Origin: Octopus sinensis
Lineage: Eukaryota
Reading direction: 5' to 3'
Length of the DNA: 64,000 bases
NCBI RefSeq assembly: GCF_006345805.1
Contig: NC_042998.1
Location: forward strand, 81,096,001 to 81,160,000
Part shown: piece after piece, positions 25,395 to 38,541 of the stretch
Layout: each line of letters begins with the position of its first letter
How positions within the stretch are numbered: the first letter of the stretch is position 1
Program-made: the position numbers and the translations under genes
Notes under the pieces: generated by a model
Database searches by the model: none
What the model saw: only the letters and a program-made list of their open reading frames with translations
What the model was told of the DNA's origin: nothing

Positions 25395-26183
25395 AATGTA
25401 TATATAGTACAAAAATGGGAAAAGAACGCAAAACATCCAGACAGGTGATACAAAAAAAGTGACAACAAAACATCCAGACCAACGATACAAAGAAAACAAG
25501 GACGGGTCATTCGGAGTTTTCTATCCTCAGTCGTGTTCCAGATCATCTTTGCAATTTTAGCTGGTTATACTCGAGATTGCTCCAATCTGGCCAACCCCAA
25601 GGAAAACCTAAGCTATGAGCATTAGATTCCTTGGATGAATGCAGCGAATGTATACGAAAACAAGGACAGAAAAAAACAGCGAAATGTTACACGTTGCATA
25701 TATATATATATATATATATATATGCATCATACATGCTTTTTCAGTAACGCATACTACTGTATTTACGCAGTATGTGCATGCATAATTTCTTCGGAGAAAA
25801 TGTTCATACAGAAATAATAGTTTTGAACAGACCTATCCAAACACATGTCATATAAGTACAGTGATATGAATTATTAAAACGAATCTGGGAACGAACAGAT
25901 TGAAATATAATTGATGTTGTTTTTCCTTTCTTCTTCCTGATATATTCGATCTTTTCATGTGTTACAGCATATATCACAATGGATGCAATCATCGACATTG
26001 TTTTGCATGTGCACATTTAGATTTGCAATTTTATACTTTAAATCCAACTCTAATATAATTCTTTATTTGTCGTACAAAAACCGCACTCTGTAACGTTATA
26101 TATATATATGTGTGTGTGTGCATGTGTGTGTGTGGTGGGGTAGGGTGGGTTTACATATACATATAGATATTCGTGTGTGCATG

Positions 26184-26238
<55 letters not shown>

Positions 26239-26285
26239 GTTTGCAGGGGGAGCAAACCACTACTAGCCCCCAGCAGGTTTCGGAA

Positions 26286-26334
26286 TCGCGAGACTGACTC
26301 AATTTCGAGCTCTATGGCCCATCCTCAGTCGCGA
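26286..26334 (-). ncRNA. Candidate type-I hammerhead ribozyme (GUC triplet)
   Basis: Minus: TCGCGA-CTGAGGA-T-GGGC(CATAGA)GCTC-GAAA-TTG(AGT)CAG-T-C-TCGCGA. Complete core, 6-bp stem I, 4-bp stem II, 4-bp near-palindromic stem III. Confidence 0.7.
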
Positions 26335-26748
26335 GCACCTGTACGACAGAGCGATAGCCAGAGTCCGCGAATGCTAACAATGTATTGTAAACAAAGTGAC
26401 CATCGGTCCCTGATTTACAACAGGCAAATTAGCTAGTTGTAAAATCTCAGGAAGAGACCAGAGCAGTAACTATACTAAACAGTAAAGCCAGTTGCCATAT
26501 GAAAGTGTATGTATATATATTTATATGTATATTTGTGTATATCTATGTATGTGTCTTTGTGTCTGTGTTTGTACCACCGTTTGATAACCAGAGTTGGTGT
26601 GTTTACACGCCCGTAACTTAAAGATTCGGTGCAAGAGACCGATAGAAATAAGTCCTAGGGTCGATTTGTTCAAACAAAAAAATTCTTCAAGTCGGTGCAC
26701 CCGTATGACCGCAGTCAAATTCCAGAAACAAGTAAAAGAACAAAACAT

Positions 26749-26829
<81 letters not shown>

Positions 26830-27321
26830 GCGTAGGTGTCTGCCACATATATATATATATATACCTATTTAGAGCGAAAGAGAGATAGAGGGTTTTCAGA
26901 ATATAAATTTGCATCAAGGAAGTCGATTTGTGTTCAGCCAACAACAGGTTTTGCTTGGTAAAGATGTAACCAAAATCTGTAATACAGTAGGCTTAAATTA
27001 CTTTGTAGCCGTATTGTAGCCTCCAGTATTCATCTTTTCGCTCCTAATAAATGAAACTCGAAGTAGACGCAATGAGTTTCTCTAAAACAAAATATTTGAA
27101 GGGAACATGTGCACTACAATATTCCTGTTCATTACTGGTGTTATTTTGAGTTTTCTACTCACTAGACATAAAAGATGACTTAGCTTGACTACAATTTATA
27201 AAAGAAATAAAAACCGTCGGTCAGATACGGTTTAAGGATATCGAAACGAGAAAATACAAGGCTGATATACTAAGAAACAGAAGTATAAGGTATTTAACAT
27301 TGTTTACGTAGATTGCAATGC

Positions 27322-27615
27322 AGTCAGCCGTCAATCGGGAGCGGGTGACCTCCACCCTTGAACTGTTGCAACATCCTGGAGAGAATAGCTGCAGAGGGAA
27401 AGAGAGAGAGTGGGATAAAGAGAGATAGAAAGACGGGGAGTGTTAGAGAGAGGGAGGGGAGAGATAAAGAGAGCTGTATCAGGACTCTGGTATCTATGAG
27501 GAGAACAGACCGGCCCGACAAGAAATCAAGTGTTTTAGCCAAGCTGACTTCGTACGACCTGGGTCGGGAATTGAACATAGAACCTAACAACTGTACCATG
27601 TATCTTCTACGCAAT
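27322..27615 (-). mobile_element. tRNA-derived SINE-like element (family D) with internal purine-rich tract
   Basis: Minus strand has a B-box-like TGTTCAATTCCCGACC, then CTTGGCTAAAACACTTGA and a (CT)-rich middle. Single copy here. Confidence 0.5.
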
Positions 27616-27648
27616 GCAAGTATACACACACATACGCATACACCCCCC

Positions 27649-27745
<97 letters not shown>

Positions 27746-27899
27746 CACACACACGTCAACAATAAAGATATTTATTTCTATCCTATCTGCAGTTAGAAAA
27801 GCTGTTAAGTTAAAAAAATGAACGCTTTTATTCGACACAACGTAAGAAGGAAGGCTATTTTCTAAAACTGCTCTTATATACATATACACATAGATATAT

Positions 27900-27927
27900 A
27901 GATAGATAGAAAGATAGATAGACTGAT

Positions 27928-28010
<83 letters not shown>

Positions 28011-28070
28011 GAGATAGGTAGGTAGATAGATACATTGATATGTAGACAGACAGACAGACAGATAGATGCG
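27900..28070. repeat. (GATA)n/(GACA)n microsatellite
   Basis: Direct reading. Confidence 0.95.
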
Positions 28071-28922
28071 CAAAGCGCATACACGTGCACACACAGGCAC
28101 GTATATAATTACCTCTGTTACTCACAAGCTATTTGAAAGGATCACAAATCAATTTTAGTACCACAGAGAGGTCATTACTAACCCGACAACTTACAAGTTT
28201 ATGTGGAAGCCTGACAGACTGCTTAAGTGAAGTTGAGAGTGTACGATGTAAAGAACTATTACACATATAGCTCACACACACAAACACACGCATACACACA
28301 TACACACACACACGTACACACCTATTTATATGTGTGTGTATACATATTTTTGTGTGCTGTGAACGAATATAATGCCTAAGCGGAACGAATATAATAGCTA
28401 AGCGGACATTGCCACAGTAGGAACGACAGATATAAATGAAACACGTTAAAAAGTAAAATCGATTGTTGCGTAAAATAGTCAGATAAAAAAAAAACACAAT
28501 GAAGACAAATGCTTGGAAAAATAATTGATAAATGATATTTTGAACTCAATTTTAGAAGGAATAAATTATAATTATATACTGATTATTGCGAGTGTGATAA
28601 AATGTAGTCAGGTTATATTACTATTAAATGGCCAGCGTTGATTGTGGTGATATTTTATCGCAAGCGTGTATAACATTACTTTCCTGTAAATCATATATCT
28701 ACGACTGAATTGTTCAGTATAGCCTTCACATTTCTTTTAGCTGAGATGTTAGGTTGCGATTTAAAAGATGCTAGCTGTTATATCTAGAAGCTTGACTGCG
28801 CCAGAATATGAATCACGGTTCGTCCGGTCACTTAATGATCACTAGGGGCGTAGACAACTATTAATTTTCTGCGAGTTTCTTTTTCTTTCGAGTTATCTCT
28901 TTTAATTGGGTTTACTTTGAGA

Positions 28923-28972
<50 letters not shown>

Positions 28973-30243
28973 GAAGGAGAGAAGGAAAAACGTATGTGTC
29001 TATATGTAGGTATGAATGAACCAAAGGCTGTGTGTGTTTATGTGTGTGTCTTGATAATAAAATATTGCGTTAAAGTGCGATAACATTGATGGCGATATAC
29101 AGTAGTTTGTCTACCCTTCCCATACCATTGAGAATTCCGGCTCTACTCTATAGTGGTGGGTCATTGATTATTGGGGGATGTAGGCAATCGATTAAATCGA
29201 ACTCAAGAGTCGTACTTAATTTTGTCGATTGTGAAAATACGTGAGATAAAGGGTATCTCAATAGAATTTGAACTTAGATCATAAGGAGTAAGAATAATTA
29301 CTGCAAAGCTTTAGTGATTCTCCCAGTCCTCTGTGTTTTGTCACATATCTAATTATCATAACTAAAACGTTGATTATAAAACACAAACCGATAAATCAAT
29401 AGAGGCAAATTAAATCATATACAGCATATTCAATAAATAAAACTTTACAAATCATAAGATGTTATTCAAAGAGAAATTTTATTTATCACATATTATTCTA
29501 TACAAATCTAGTTATTCATAAACATCGATAAACCATCGATATTATTTTAATCAATGGGAAAACTAACGCATAATACGATTCCACCATTGAAAACAATTCA
29601 GAATTTTTCACTCGAATTCTCTTCGAATCTCCAATTACTTTATCAAGTAAATATATTTCAACTATCTTCTTTTTTCTTTAAATATGGATTAAATTTTAAA
29701 TTCTAAAGGAACTTTTCAGCGAACAATATCAATATATTTTTCAATGTAATGCAAGGTTAATTTTTCTCTCCTTTAAATATGTATAAGAAAACAATATATT
29801 TTGATACATTGTAAGCATTGTGAAGACTTCATAAAGTAGGAATATAATTATTCGGAAAATAGATGAAACAATAATCCATTTAAAACGTGATTGCGTTCAC
29901 AAATGTGCGTTTAATAAACATGCATTCATATTCGCTATGTAAATACAACCTATGGTTAAACAATAGGCCTATCTCCGCAAGGCAAACTGTAAAAAGCTAA
30001 ACTAGATAACCCTTTCTACTACAGGTACAAAGCCTGAAATTTTGAGGGCAGGGATAAGTCGATTACATCGACCCCAGAAAGTAACTGGTACTTATTTTAA
30101 TGAAACCGAAAAGCTGAAAGGCAAACTTGACCACGGAGGAATTTGAACTCAGAACAGTGACGGGCGATATACCGCTAAGCATTTTGTCCAGCGCGCTAAC
30201 TATTCTGCCAGCTGGCCGCCTTAACTGAACAAGATAATGTCTT

Positions 30244-30640
30244 TTCTACTCAAGGCAAAAAGCCCGAAATTTTTGAGAAGGGGGCCAGTCGATTAGATCG
30301 ACCCCAGGATGCGACTGGTACTTAATTTATCGACCCCGAAAGGATGAAAGGCAAAGTCGACTTCTGCAGAATTTGACTCAGAACGTAAAGACAAACGAAA
30401 TACCTATTTCTTTACTGCCCACAAGGGGCTACACAGAGGGAAAAAACAAGGACAGACAAACGGATTAAGTCGATTATATCGACCCCAGTGCGTAACTGGT
30501 ATTTATTTAATCGACCCCGAAAGGATGAAAGGCAAAGTTGACTTCGGTGGAATTTGAACTCAGAACGCATCGGCAGACGAAATATCGCTAAGCATTTCGC
30601 CCGGCGTGCTAACTTGTCTACCAGCTCGCCGCCTTAGGTA
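30244..30640 (-). mobile_element. Dimeric SINE B with 16-bp target-site duplication
   Basis: AACAAGATAATGTCTT at 30228-30243 and 30641-30656 flanks the element. A further SINE B fragment lies immediately to the left (~30005-30222). Confidence 0.85.
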
Positions 30641-32589
30641 AACAAGATAATGTCTTATCAAGAGTTTCCGCTGGCGGTAATCCAACTGCAAGAGGAAGCA
30701 AATCAAAGCTTATAACAATGTTAAAAGCAGTAGGCATTGGTTGTGCTCATTTGTATATAAATAACTGCTGAATGCATGAAAGGAAGTAACTTAAGCACCG
30801 AGGGAGAGTGTGTGTAAATAAATTGGGAATGAGTCGACATGCACACTTTGCATGCAACCAGCCACATTTTATAAATTTATGCCATCGTTAGATTACAGTC
30901 CTCTCGGGAGAGCAAACATGTGATCATCTCGACTAATCGCGACTGGTTATATCAACAGATTAGTATATTTTGAGGGCCTCTCAGGAATGACATCCCAGTT
31001 CGAGATAAACACTTCAGTCATGATAGCATCATCATCCGTGCCTGATCAATAGTTGTACAGATCGATGAAAGCGACATGTTGAATCTTGTCGAACAGTTAT
31101 TTTATATGTGTAGAGCCTGAGCCGGCTCTAAGTCGAGTCCAATGGGAAGATTGCGCCGTAACATTTCTTTGACGAAGAAGGGCAACTAATTTTCTTCTCT
31201 CTGTTCGATGTCGTGATGTAGAGTGTGTGCTAGAGAAGGTTAATGACATATTTTTCAACCAACCCTACATCCGATTTTCAAAGTTTCAATTTTAGAGGGA
31301 AGTTGAGGTTGAGAAGGAAACGCTGTACATACTGAAAGGTGGAAGACAATAGTGAGAGGAGCCCATATGACATGCCTAGTTTCAGCAGCTCCTGTGAATT
31401 GTAGAAGCATTTAGGAGAGCGGATTTGCTTTTGGTAACCGAGGAAACTTGGATGTAAAAGGAATCCTTGATTGTCTGCAGGTGATTGACTCTTTGCAGAT
31501 GTTTTCATTTGCAATGTCTCCTCTTGATTTACCGCATGTGATATCAATGTTCTTAATTAACTCATCTTTCGCTAATTTTGCTTTAGTTCTATCTTCTCTA
31601 ATATTAACCTCATATTAATTTCTCTGTTAAATGGATGCATTCTGTGCCACAGTGTTTCAAGTCGTTTATCATATTCAATGTACAAATTGACATCGTACAT
31701 ATACAAATATTCTGCCATAGTATCTATATCCAACTTTGGTAAAGTTTACCATGTTGATAAAATGTGTTAGATTCCAGTGGAGTGAAAATACTCAGTATTT
31801 TTAGGACATTTATTTTCCTAATTTGCATGACATTAGTTTATAATGCTTCTGAAGGATATCTTGCTATTTACTGAAGACCCATACCAGGGCCAGTTTCCCC
31901 ATATTGTTACTATGTGGAGCCGTGTCGAATGGTCGTTATTATGTATGGGATGAATCTGTTGTTGGATGAGATCATCCTAAATATTGACTTATCGAAGGGA
32001 TGAGCATTTTTTTCTGACTGATGTCTCTGGTAAAGAGATCGCTAGGGTGTCGCATTTAGAAGGGATCAAGTTAGGAACTTAACTTACCCATCAAGTCTTT
32101 ACCAACTGAAAGCTGAAAGTAAAAATGTGGTTAACTATAATGTCCTCTAGAAAATTTGAGGAATTTGTGTATGGGTACGTGTGATCGCGCAGGTACTCGA
32201 ATTAATCTATGGATTGAAGGCTGCAGTCAAGAGAAAGAAATTACTCAAAACATGAGGTTGTTGGTGTCTTATAGTACCCTGATATTCCTTACATCCCTGC
32301 TGTTTTCTATGCAAGTGACTTTGTGTTGTTATATATTGTAACTTTGTGTTTTATGCTCTATCACATTACCGCCTCCATAACTCCATTTATTGTATACGCA
32401 CCTCACATCATGTTTGTTTGAAGTCATTTTGTATAACATATGCCATCTGTCTACGTCACGCCCCTGTAACCAATAGATGCAACAATATTATTGTTTCATT
32501 TGTTCATAAATCTCACAGACTAAGATGTTAAACGGTCCTGACATTTTAATTAGGGAAAGCCCCTACTGCTTCCTCTGCTGTGACTTACA

Positions 32590-32870
32590 CAGACAAGCCT
32601 TTCCCTCAAATCTTTGCTGTACCAAGACGTGCTGTCTTCTGCATGACCTGTAACCTAGTATCAACACCGATTTTACTTGCATAGTCCTCGAAACTATCCC
32701 ATATGTATTCCAATACTCCGATCATCACAGGAATCACTAAAACACTCTTCATTCCCCACAGCTTTTCAAATCTCTTCCTTCAGTGGCTCATAATCTTCCA
32801 TCATTCCATGCTCTTTATTTTCCAGCCTAATATCTCCTTGGATAAATACATCGATAATGTTGGCCCCCTT
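32590..32870 (-). mobile_element. Decayed R4/Dong-type C-terminal (RLE) fragment
   Basis: IIDVFIQGDIRLENKE..LWGMKSVLVIPVMIGVL..VMQKTARLGTAKI parallels the C-terminus of the intact ORF at 38.6 kb. Confidence 0.65.
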
Positions 32871-33639
32871 TTTTCTTGTTAACTATAATATTGACTTTGC
32901 CATTCATTCTTTCGGAGGCAATAAAATAGGTATTAGTTGGCCACTGAGGTCAATGTAATCGACTTAACCCTTCCCCCCGACACTGCTGGTTTTTGTGCCA
33001 AAATTTGAACCATTATTGTGCTAGAGCATGTTAATTGAATTGACATGTATTTTTTCTTTTGGTGACTGCAAGTCTCCACAAATATCAAGAATCTTCCGTG
33101 GCATTCTTGCAGAATATAAGACGGATATTTCCTTCAGGTCGACAATGTGAGTTTCAATATAAATCACTTTGGGTGTTGTGCCAAGTGTACCAATTATTAC
33201 ACGAATAATTTTTTTGGTCTTCCACTGTCTCCTCAGCGCTCTGGTTCGATCCTAATATTTCTAATTCGTTTTCAGTTTCGTTGGTGTTGACTCGGCTATC
33301 ATAAGTATTTACAAAATCTATGATCTTACAGTGTTTGTTTATTTTGCCATTTCCGGTTTTCTTGCTTCATTAGTATAAATCCTTAAATCCTTAAAAATGT
33401 TTTAGCCCGAAGGCCGCGGACATGCTGGGGCACCACCACTGTATAAAAGAGTGTGTGAGACAGCGCCAGTGGTTTCAAGGCTGGAAGAATTCACAGAGAG
33501 TTCAGTTTAACGAAGTAACCACACGGCTAAAAACTCTCACAAGATCCTGTAATTCTCCTTTTCTATCACACCCTCTGGTTCGTGCTCTTACCACTTTTCT
33601 GCTGTCTTGAAGCCACACACACACCAAACATCCCAAAGA

Positions 33640-34190
33640 ACCCTTATGCCTACAGAATGATGTCTACGCTTATACTCCCTTTGTGCTAGTATACAGAATT
33701 TAATCAAAAGGTGGTTCATACTCTCGTCTCTTTTCCTCTAGTTTCTACATTTGTTGTCTGACTGAGTTTTGTCGATTGTTGCCTTTATCAGGTTTGTTCT
33801 AAGGGATTGTTTCTGAGCGACTATAATTACTGTTCTCCTATTTCAAGTTCCTGTCTGTCAACCAGGGGCAGATATCTTTATTTCCAACATTCTCGGTTTG
33901 TTACATGAATTGGTTAGGTAGTCCCGCTTCTTTCTATTTTCTTTTGCTCTGTTGTTCTTCCTTTTCTCTTAGAATTTTCCCACACTTTTTGGGATATTTG
34001 TGGCTGCTGATAGCATTCTTTCTTTACTCTGCTCAACATAATTTTTCGGAACCAGTGTCATTGCATTTACAGCGTCTTCTGCCACTTTCTTTTCTTGGTA
34101 TTGTTTTTAGGTCGGTATTGTTTTTAGTGTGGAATGCATTGTCAATTGTGAACAGCCTTTTAGTTCTCTTATCCAAGTTCTGTTGCTAGA
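33640..34190 (-). mobile_element. Decayed R4/Dong-type fragment (post-RT region)
   Basis: LDKRTKRLFT..FH.K..DL..IPRKESGR..PWLT..NLK.E matches DRKTRK.MT..HHPKSDIERLY..R.EGGR..WL..LKAETE in broken frames. A further short C-terminal-like piece lies at ~33050-33175. Confidence 0.55.
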
Positions 34191-34429
34191 ACTTTATACA
34201 TTACAGAAAGGGAAAAGAGTATCTCAATACATAGCCCATGTATTTCTAGCTTTAATGATGTTCACTTGATTTAATTTTATTTCACGTGGTAAGTAGCTTG
34301 CTTACGAACCATCCTACTGAATTTACCTTGGAAAAGTGTCTTTAGGTCCACTAAAGCCTTGTGAGTGGATTTTGTCAACGGAAACTGAAAGAAGCCCGTC
34401 GTATATACTCTTCACTCTTTTACACCTTT

Positions 34430-34815
34430 ACTCTTTTACTTATTTCAGTCATTTGACTGTGGCCATGCTGGAGCACCGCCTTTAGTCGAGCAAATCGACC
34501 CCAGGACTTATTCTTTGGAAGCCTAGTACTTATTCTATCTGTCTCTTTTGCCGAACCGCTAAGGTACGAGGATGTAAACACACCAGCATCGGTTGTCAAG
34601 CGATGTTGGGGGGCAACCACAGACACACAAACACACACACATATACATATATACGACAGACTTCTTTCAGTTTCCATCCACCAAATCCACTCAGAAGGTT
34701 TTGGTTGGCCCGAGGCTCTAGTAGAAGACACTTGCCCAAAGTGATACGCAGTGGGACTGAACCCGGAACCGTGTGGTTCGTAAGCAAGCTACTTACCACA
34801 CAGTCACTCCTACGC
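34430..34815 (-). mobile_element. SINE family A, near full length
   Basis: Head, core, internal (CA)/(TA) tract and tail GGCGGTGCTCCAGCATGGCCACAGTCAAATGACTGAAA all present. Confidence 0.85.
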
Positions 34816-34825
34816 CTAATATAAT

Positions 34826-34899
<74 letters not shown>

Positions 34900-35142
34900 C
34901 TAAGTATATGTGTGTGTGTGTATGTGTGTGCTCCAGTATTACCGCAGTCAAATGACTGAAATAAGTATTCCATAAGTTCTGTCTGATTTTACCATTTTAA
35001 AACTGAATGAAATTTAATAGTATTTTAGAATGTCTAATGGAATTTTAAAATATTTTTATGTATTTGTGTACATTTAAACTAATGAAATATTATTTTACAG
35101 AATAATATAATTAAAATTTCTTTGATTAAAAACCTTTCTAAC

Positions 35143-36138
35143 ATGGAAGTATCCAAAGAGCATTTAAGGCACATAATGTACAAATATACATAATGTACAC
35201 ATAATGTACATAATGTACAAAAAGTGGAAACTCTGAAGCCGAAGCGACTCGAAATATATACTCAGTTTATGAGAAAGAATGCTTGAATGAAAGAACTTGC
35301 AGAAGATGGTTCGTAAAATTCAGAAGTGGAGATTTCAGCCTTGGAAATGAAAATTGAACAGAACGTCCAGTTGAGTTTGATGATAGGCTCCTTGAAGAAA
35401 ATCCTGCATTATCAGTTAAGAATTGGCAATAAAGTTTAGTTAAAATCAAACAACTGTTCATCGTCCTCTTCAACAACTTGGAAAGGTTCCTAAACTTGGA
35501 AAATGGGTGCCTTATGAATTGTCCGAAAGCAACCGCAAATCCCGAGTTAACATCTGCTGTTCTCTCCATTCTCGCGAACTCATTCCACCCTTTTCGTATA
35601 GATTTGTGACTGGTGACGAAAAATGGATTTTCTATCGAAATGTTAAACGTCGTAAACAGTGGCTCAACCACAATCGAGAAGGGAACTTCATGGGAAAAAA
35701 GGTTCTTCTCTCTATCTGGTGGGATTGTAAAGGAGTAATTCACTTTGAATTGTTACTACCTAATGCAGCAATCAGAGCGTTTGAACCAAGCTTTGAAGAA
35801 AAAACCCGCTTTAGTGAATCGAAAAGGAGTGATGTTTCATCAGGACAATGCGCGACCCAACACTGCAAATATCACATCACAAAAAATTGAAGAGCTTGGT
35901 TGGGAAAAAAATTCCTCATCTACCTTATTCTCTCGTCCTTGTTCCTTCAGACTACCATTTGTTCCATAGTTTACAGAATCAGCTGGGGGACATAATTTTT
36001 GCAAGCCAGGAGGTCGAAACTGATATTTCAGAGTTCTTCGTTTTGAAACCAAAAGAGTTTCATATGGATGGGATTAAAAAGCTTGTAAAAAGATGGAAGG
36101 ATGTCATTGATAATCAGGGCAAGTACATTGATGATTAA
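35143..36138 (+). pseudogene. Mariner (DD34D) transposase pseudogene
   Basis: MEVSKEHLRHIM.., WVPYEL, VTGDEKW, WWDCKGVIHFELL, HQDNARP and PYSLVLVPSDYHLF, ending DNQGKYIDD*. 34 residues between the last two D after correcting a frameshift; stops, frameshifts and deletions present. Confidence 0.9.
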
Positions 36139-36289
36139 ATTTCAATTAAATATTACATTTCATCACTTGTTTTTCTATTCAAAATTTGGAGAAGATTAAA
36201 AGAGCAATAGAGAATACCTTCCTAATTTTCCTCTTCCTCTTTCATTTCTCTTATCGTTTTGAAATACTTCGATAAATTTCTAACCCTAA

Positions 36290-36490
36290 TTATTCCACAG
36301 CGATCGAATGATGTTGTCTTGTGGCTATTTTATGCCGTTAGGCTTTTACTTCTGGTCACTCTCCATACTCAGTACAACGCACTTATCTATGCCAAACATC
36401 ATTCCATTGTTTCATCAGAACATTCTCATTGTCTGGATCAGAGAATCCAGCTCTGTCTCATTTGTGTACGTATCTTGACGTTAATTATGT
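36290..36490 (-). mobile_element. Decayed R4/Dong-type RT fragment
   Basis: NETELDSLIQTMRMF..GMMFGIDKCVVLSM matches the region after YMDD (..L..LL.TV..F..I.M.FGLEKCAKVTM). Confidence 0.55.
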
Positions 36491-36860
36491 AAAGCGGGTG
36501 ATTTATCCTTATCTTCGTTTGGGTAGACTCATTGGTCGGCCTGGAGTTTTTTTTCAGTGTATTTTATCAGAGAGTTTAGCGTAATGACGAAGCGAGTCAG
36601 CCTGGAAAATGCCCCTGCGTATTTTAACGTTACACTTTTATTCCTTTACTTGTTTCAGTCATTTGATTGCAACCATGCTGGAGCACCATCTTTAGTCAAA
36701 CAAATAGACCCAAGGACTTGTACTCTGTAAGCCTTATTCTATCGGTCTCTTTTGTCAAGCGATGGGGAGGGGACAAACATAGACACACAAATACAGCTTC
36801 CATATATACATACATACACACAGACAGACAAACAAACAGACACACTCACGCACACACACG

Positions 36861-36951
<91 letters not shown>

Positions 36952-36984
36952 TAGATGGAAACTTCCTCAGAAGATGAGCGATTG

Positions 36985-37290
36985 ATGTCATTACAATTCT
37001 TTTGAACCTTAGGTCTGCCTGAAATCCAATCAAAAATTTGCCGGTACTTTTCTTGATCATTTCCAGGACACCCATAATAACAAGGCTGGTTTTGGTTTTT
37101 TATTGCCATGTTCTAAAGATATCAATCCATGTATTTTGACAGTTTTTCAACTTATTTTACCACGATGTTTGTATTAGTAAGTATCGTCATATCAATTTAC
37201 CGACATGTCTTTTGTCTTAGAGTTTTGATGTCGATGTCAGCCCTGTTTTCATCTATTTGCCTTCTGTATGTAGCCCCTAACCGCATAGGA
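36985..37290 (-). mobile_element. Decayed R4/Dong-type RLE fragment
   Basis: [39 protein letters not shown] parallels RPDIVV..CFLIDVSV..EKLSKY..IVGALGMIKK. Confidence 0.65.
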
Positions 37291-37324
37291 TGGTTTCAAC
37301 AGTCTTTTATATTATTATTATTAT

Positions 37325-37604
37325 CATTGCTTTTGCACAGCTTCTAATGCTGCAGATGTACTACAGTGTCAGCTGTTCACCACCAGTGAACAAAGGTAAC
37401 ACCTTTTATTTTTCGGGCACCTTCTGGAGTATTCGAGTGGTTCCAAGCAGTGCTGTTTTCTGCAAGTGATCCACCCTTATTGTAGCCTCTATTTGTTCCA
37501 CTTATTTCTCGAAATTTTTGCTCACTGTTCTCCGGGTACTACAGCTACTTTTTTCATCGACCACAACTGCTTAACTTCCCAAGCTAAACTGTGATATATC
37601 TCAA
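37325..37604 (-). mobile_element. 5'-truncated R4/Dong-type element (ORF end + 3' UTR) in (TAA)n
   Basis: SLAWEVKQLWSMKK..HLQKTALLGTTRILQKV followed by a distinct 3' UTR; TAA repeats on both sides. Confidence 0.75.
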
Positions 37605-37622
37605 ATTATTATTATTATTATT

Positions 37623-37797
37623 CTATGTTTGACTTTTTCTTTATATTTGTACAAGTTGGCTCCAAGTCTCACTCAGAGACCTCAAGAGACAACAAGCTGG
37701 AAGTTCGAGATGTTGTTATGCCTAGTATGCCATATATTTAGTTTTGTATTTAGTGTTGTACTAGTGAATGTCAAATACAAAAAACGAAATTTATGTT
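37623..37797 (-). mobile_element. Short non-coding insert between TAA arrays, probably the 3' UTR of another Dong-type family
   Basis: 175 bp flanked by TAA arrays. Family assignment is inferred from position and orientation only. Confidence 0.45.
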
Positions 37798-37821
37798 TTA
37801 TTATTATTATTATTATTATTA

Positions 37822-37891
<70 letters not shown>

Positions 37892-38447
37892 GAGTGAGAG
37901 AGCAGTGCATGCCATCAAAGTGACACTGGGGTAAAATATACGAAACCCAATATACCCATCATGACTACCCGTCTGATAAGGGTACACCAGGCACATGCAT
38001 CACAACCATATGTGCGCGACATGGTGATCTCATATTAAGATAAACAGCACATGACCTTGCAGGTGGGGCCCAGTTAGAATATTTTCTTCAGGTTGAGTAG
38101 CCCATCCCGCTCAAAAGGTCCCTGAATAAGGGTTGTTTAAGGATGTTGAAAGAACCACCCATGTTTCCAGAGGTGAATTATTCAAACCCCAAAGAATCCC
38201 TCTCAACACATGGCTATGATGCTCCCCCATTACTTCTGCTCGTGATCAGAGATGCACATATCGTCAGCCACTAAGGAACATGCTCAACTGGTTAAGGTCA
38301 AACAACTGACAAGCAAATCTGTGGTATTGAGCAGAATATTTCCTGTAGCCCATCTTTTATACCAAGACAAAACAATGTACATGATAACACTTCCAATCAG
38401 TTAAGATCAGAAGCCATGAGAGCCACTGCCTGGTACTGCACCAGGGC
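37892..38447 (-). mobile_element. Element X copy 1: ~556-bp non-coding element in (TAA)n
   Basis: No long ORF; TAA arrays on both sides; homologous copies at 42876-43431 and 43448-43590. Confidence 0.8.
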
Positions 38448-38487
<40 letters not shown>

Positions 38488-38541
38488 ATTATTATTATTA
38501 TTATTATTATCATCATTACTATTTTTATTATTATTATTATT

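Noticed and set aside
25500-25540. CTGAGGA..GAAT..GTC on the minus strand as a hammerhead
   Set aside because: Stem II would consume core bases, GAAA is absent and stem I does not pair.
31060-31105. GATGA..GACA/TGTC..GAACAG hammerhead-like remnant
   Set aside because: Both halves of the core are broken; too degenerate.
38225-38270. CTGACGA within element X as a hammerhead core
   Set aside because: Followed by GAAG (X1) or CAAG (X2) rather than GAAA, with no convincing stems.
38380-38447. Resemblance of the element X 5' end to 5S rRNA (GATCT-N3-CTGAT..GGAAG) or to U2 snRNA stem-loops
   Set aside because: Matches are short, gapped and mutually incompatible; box C and the U2 IIa pairing are not recovered. 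An Rfam search would settle it.
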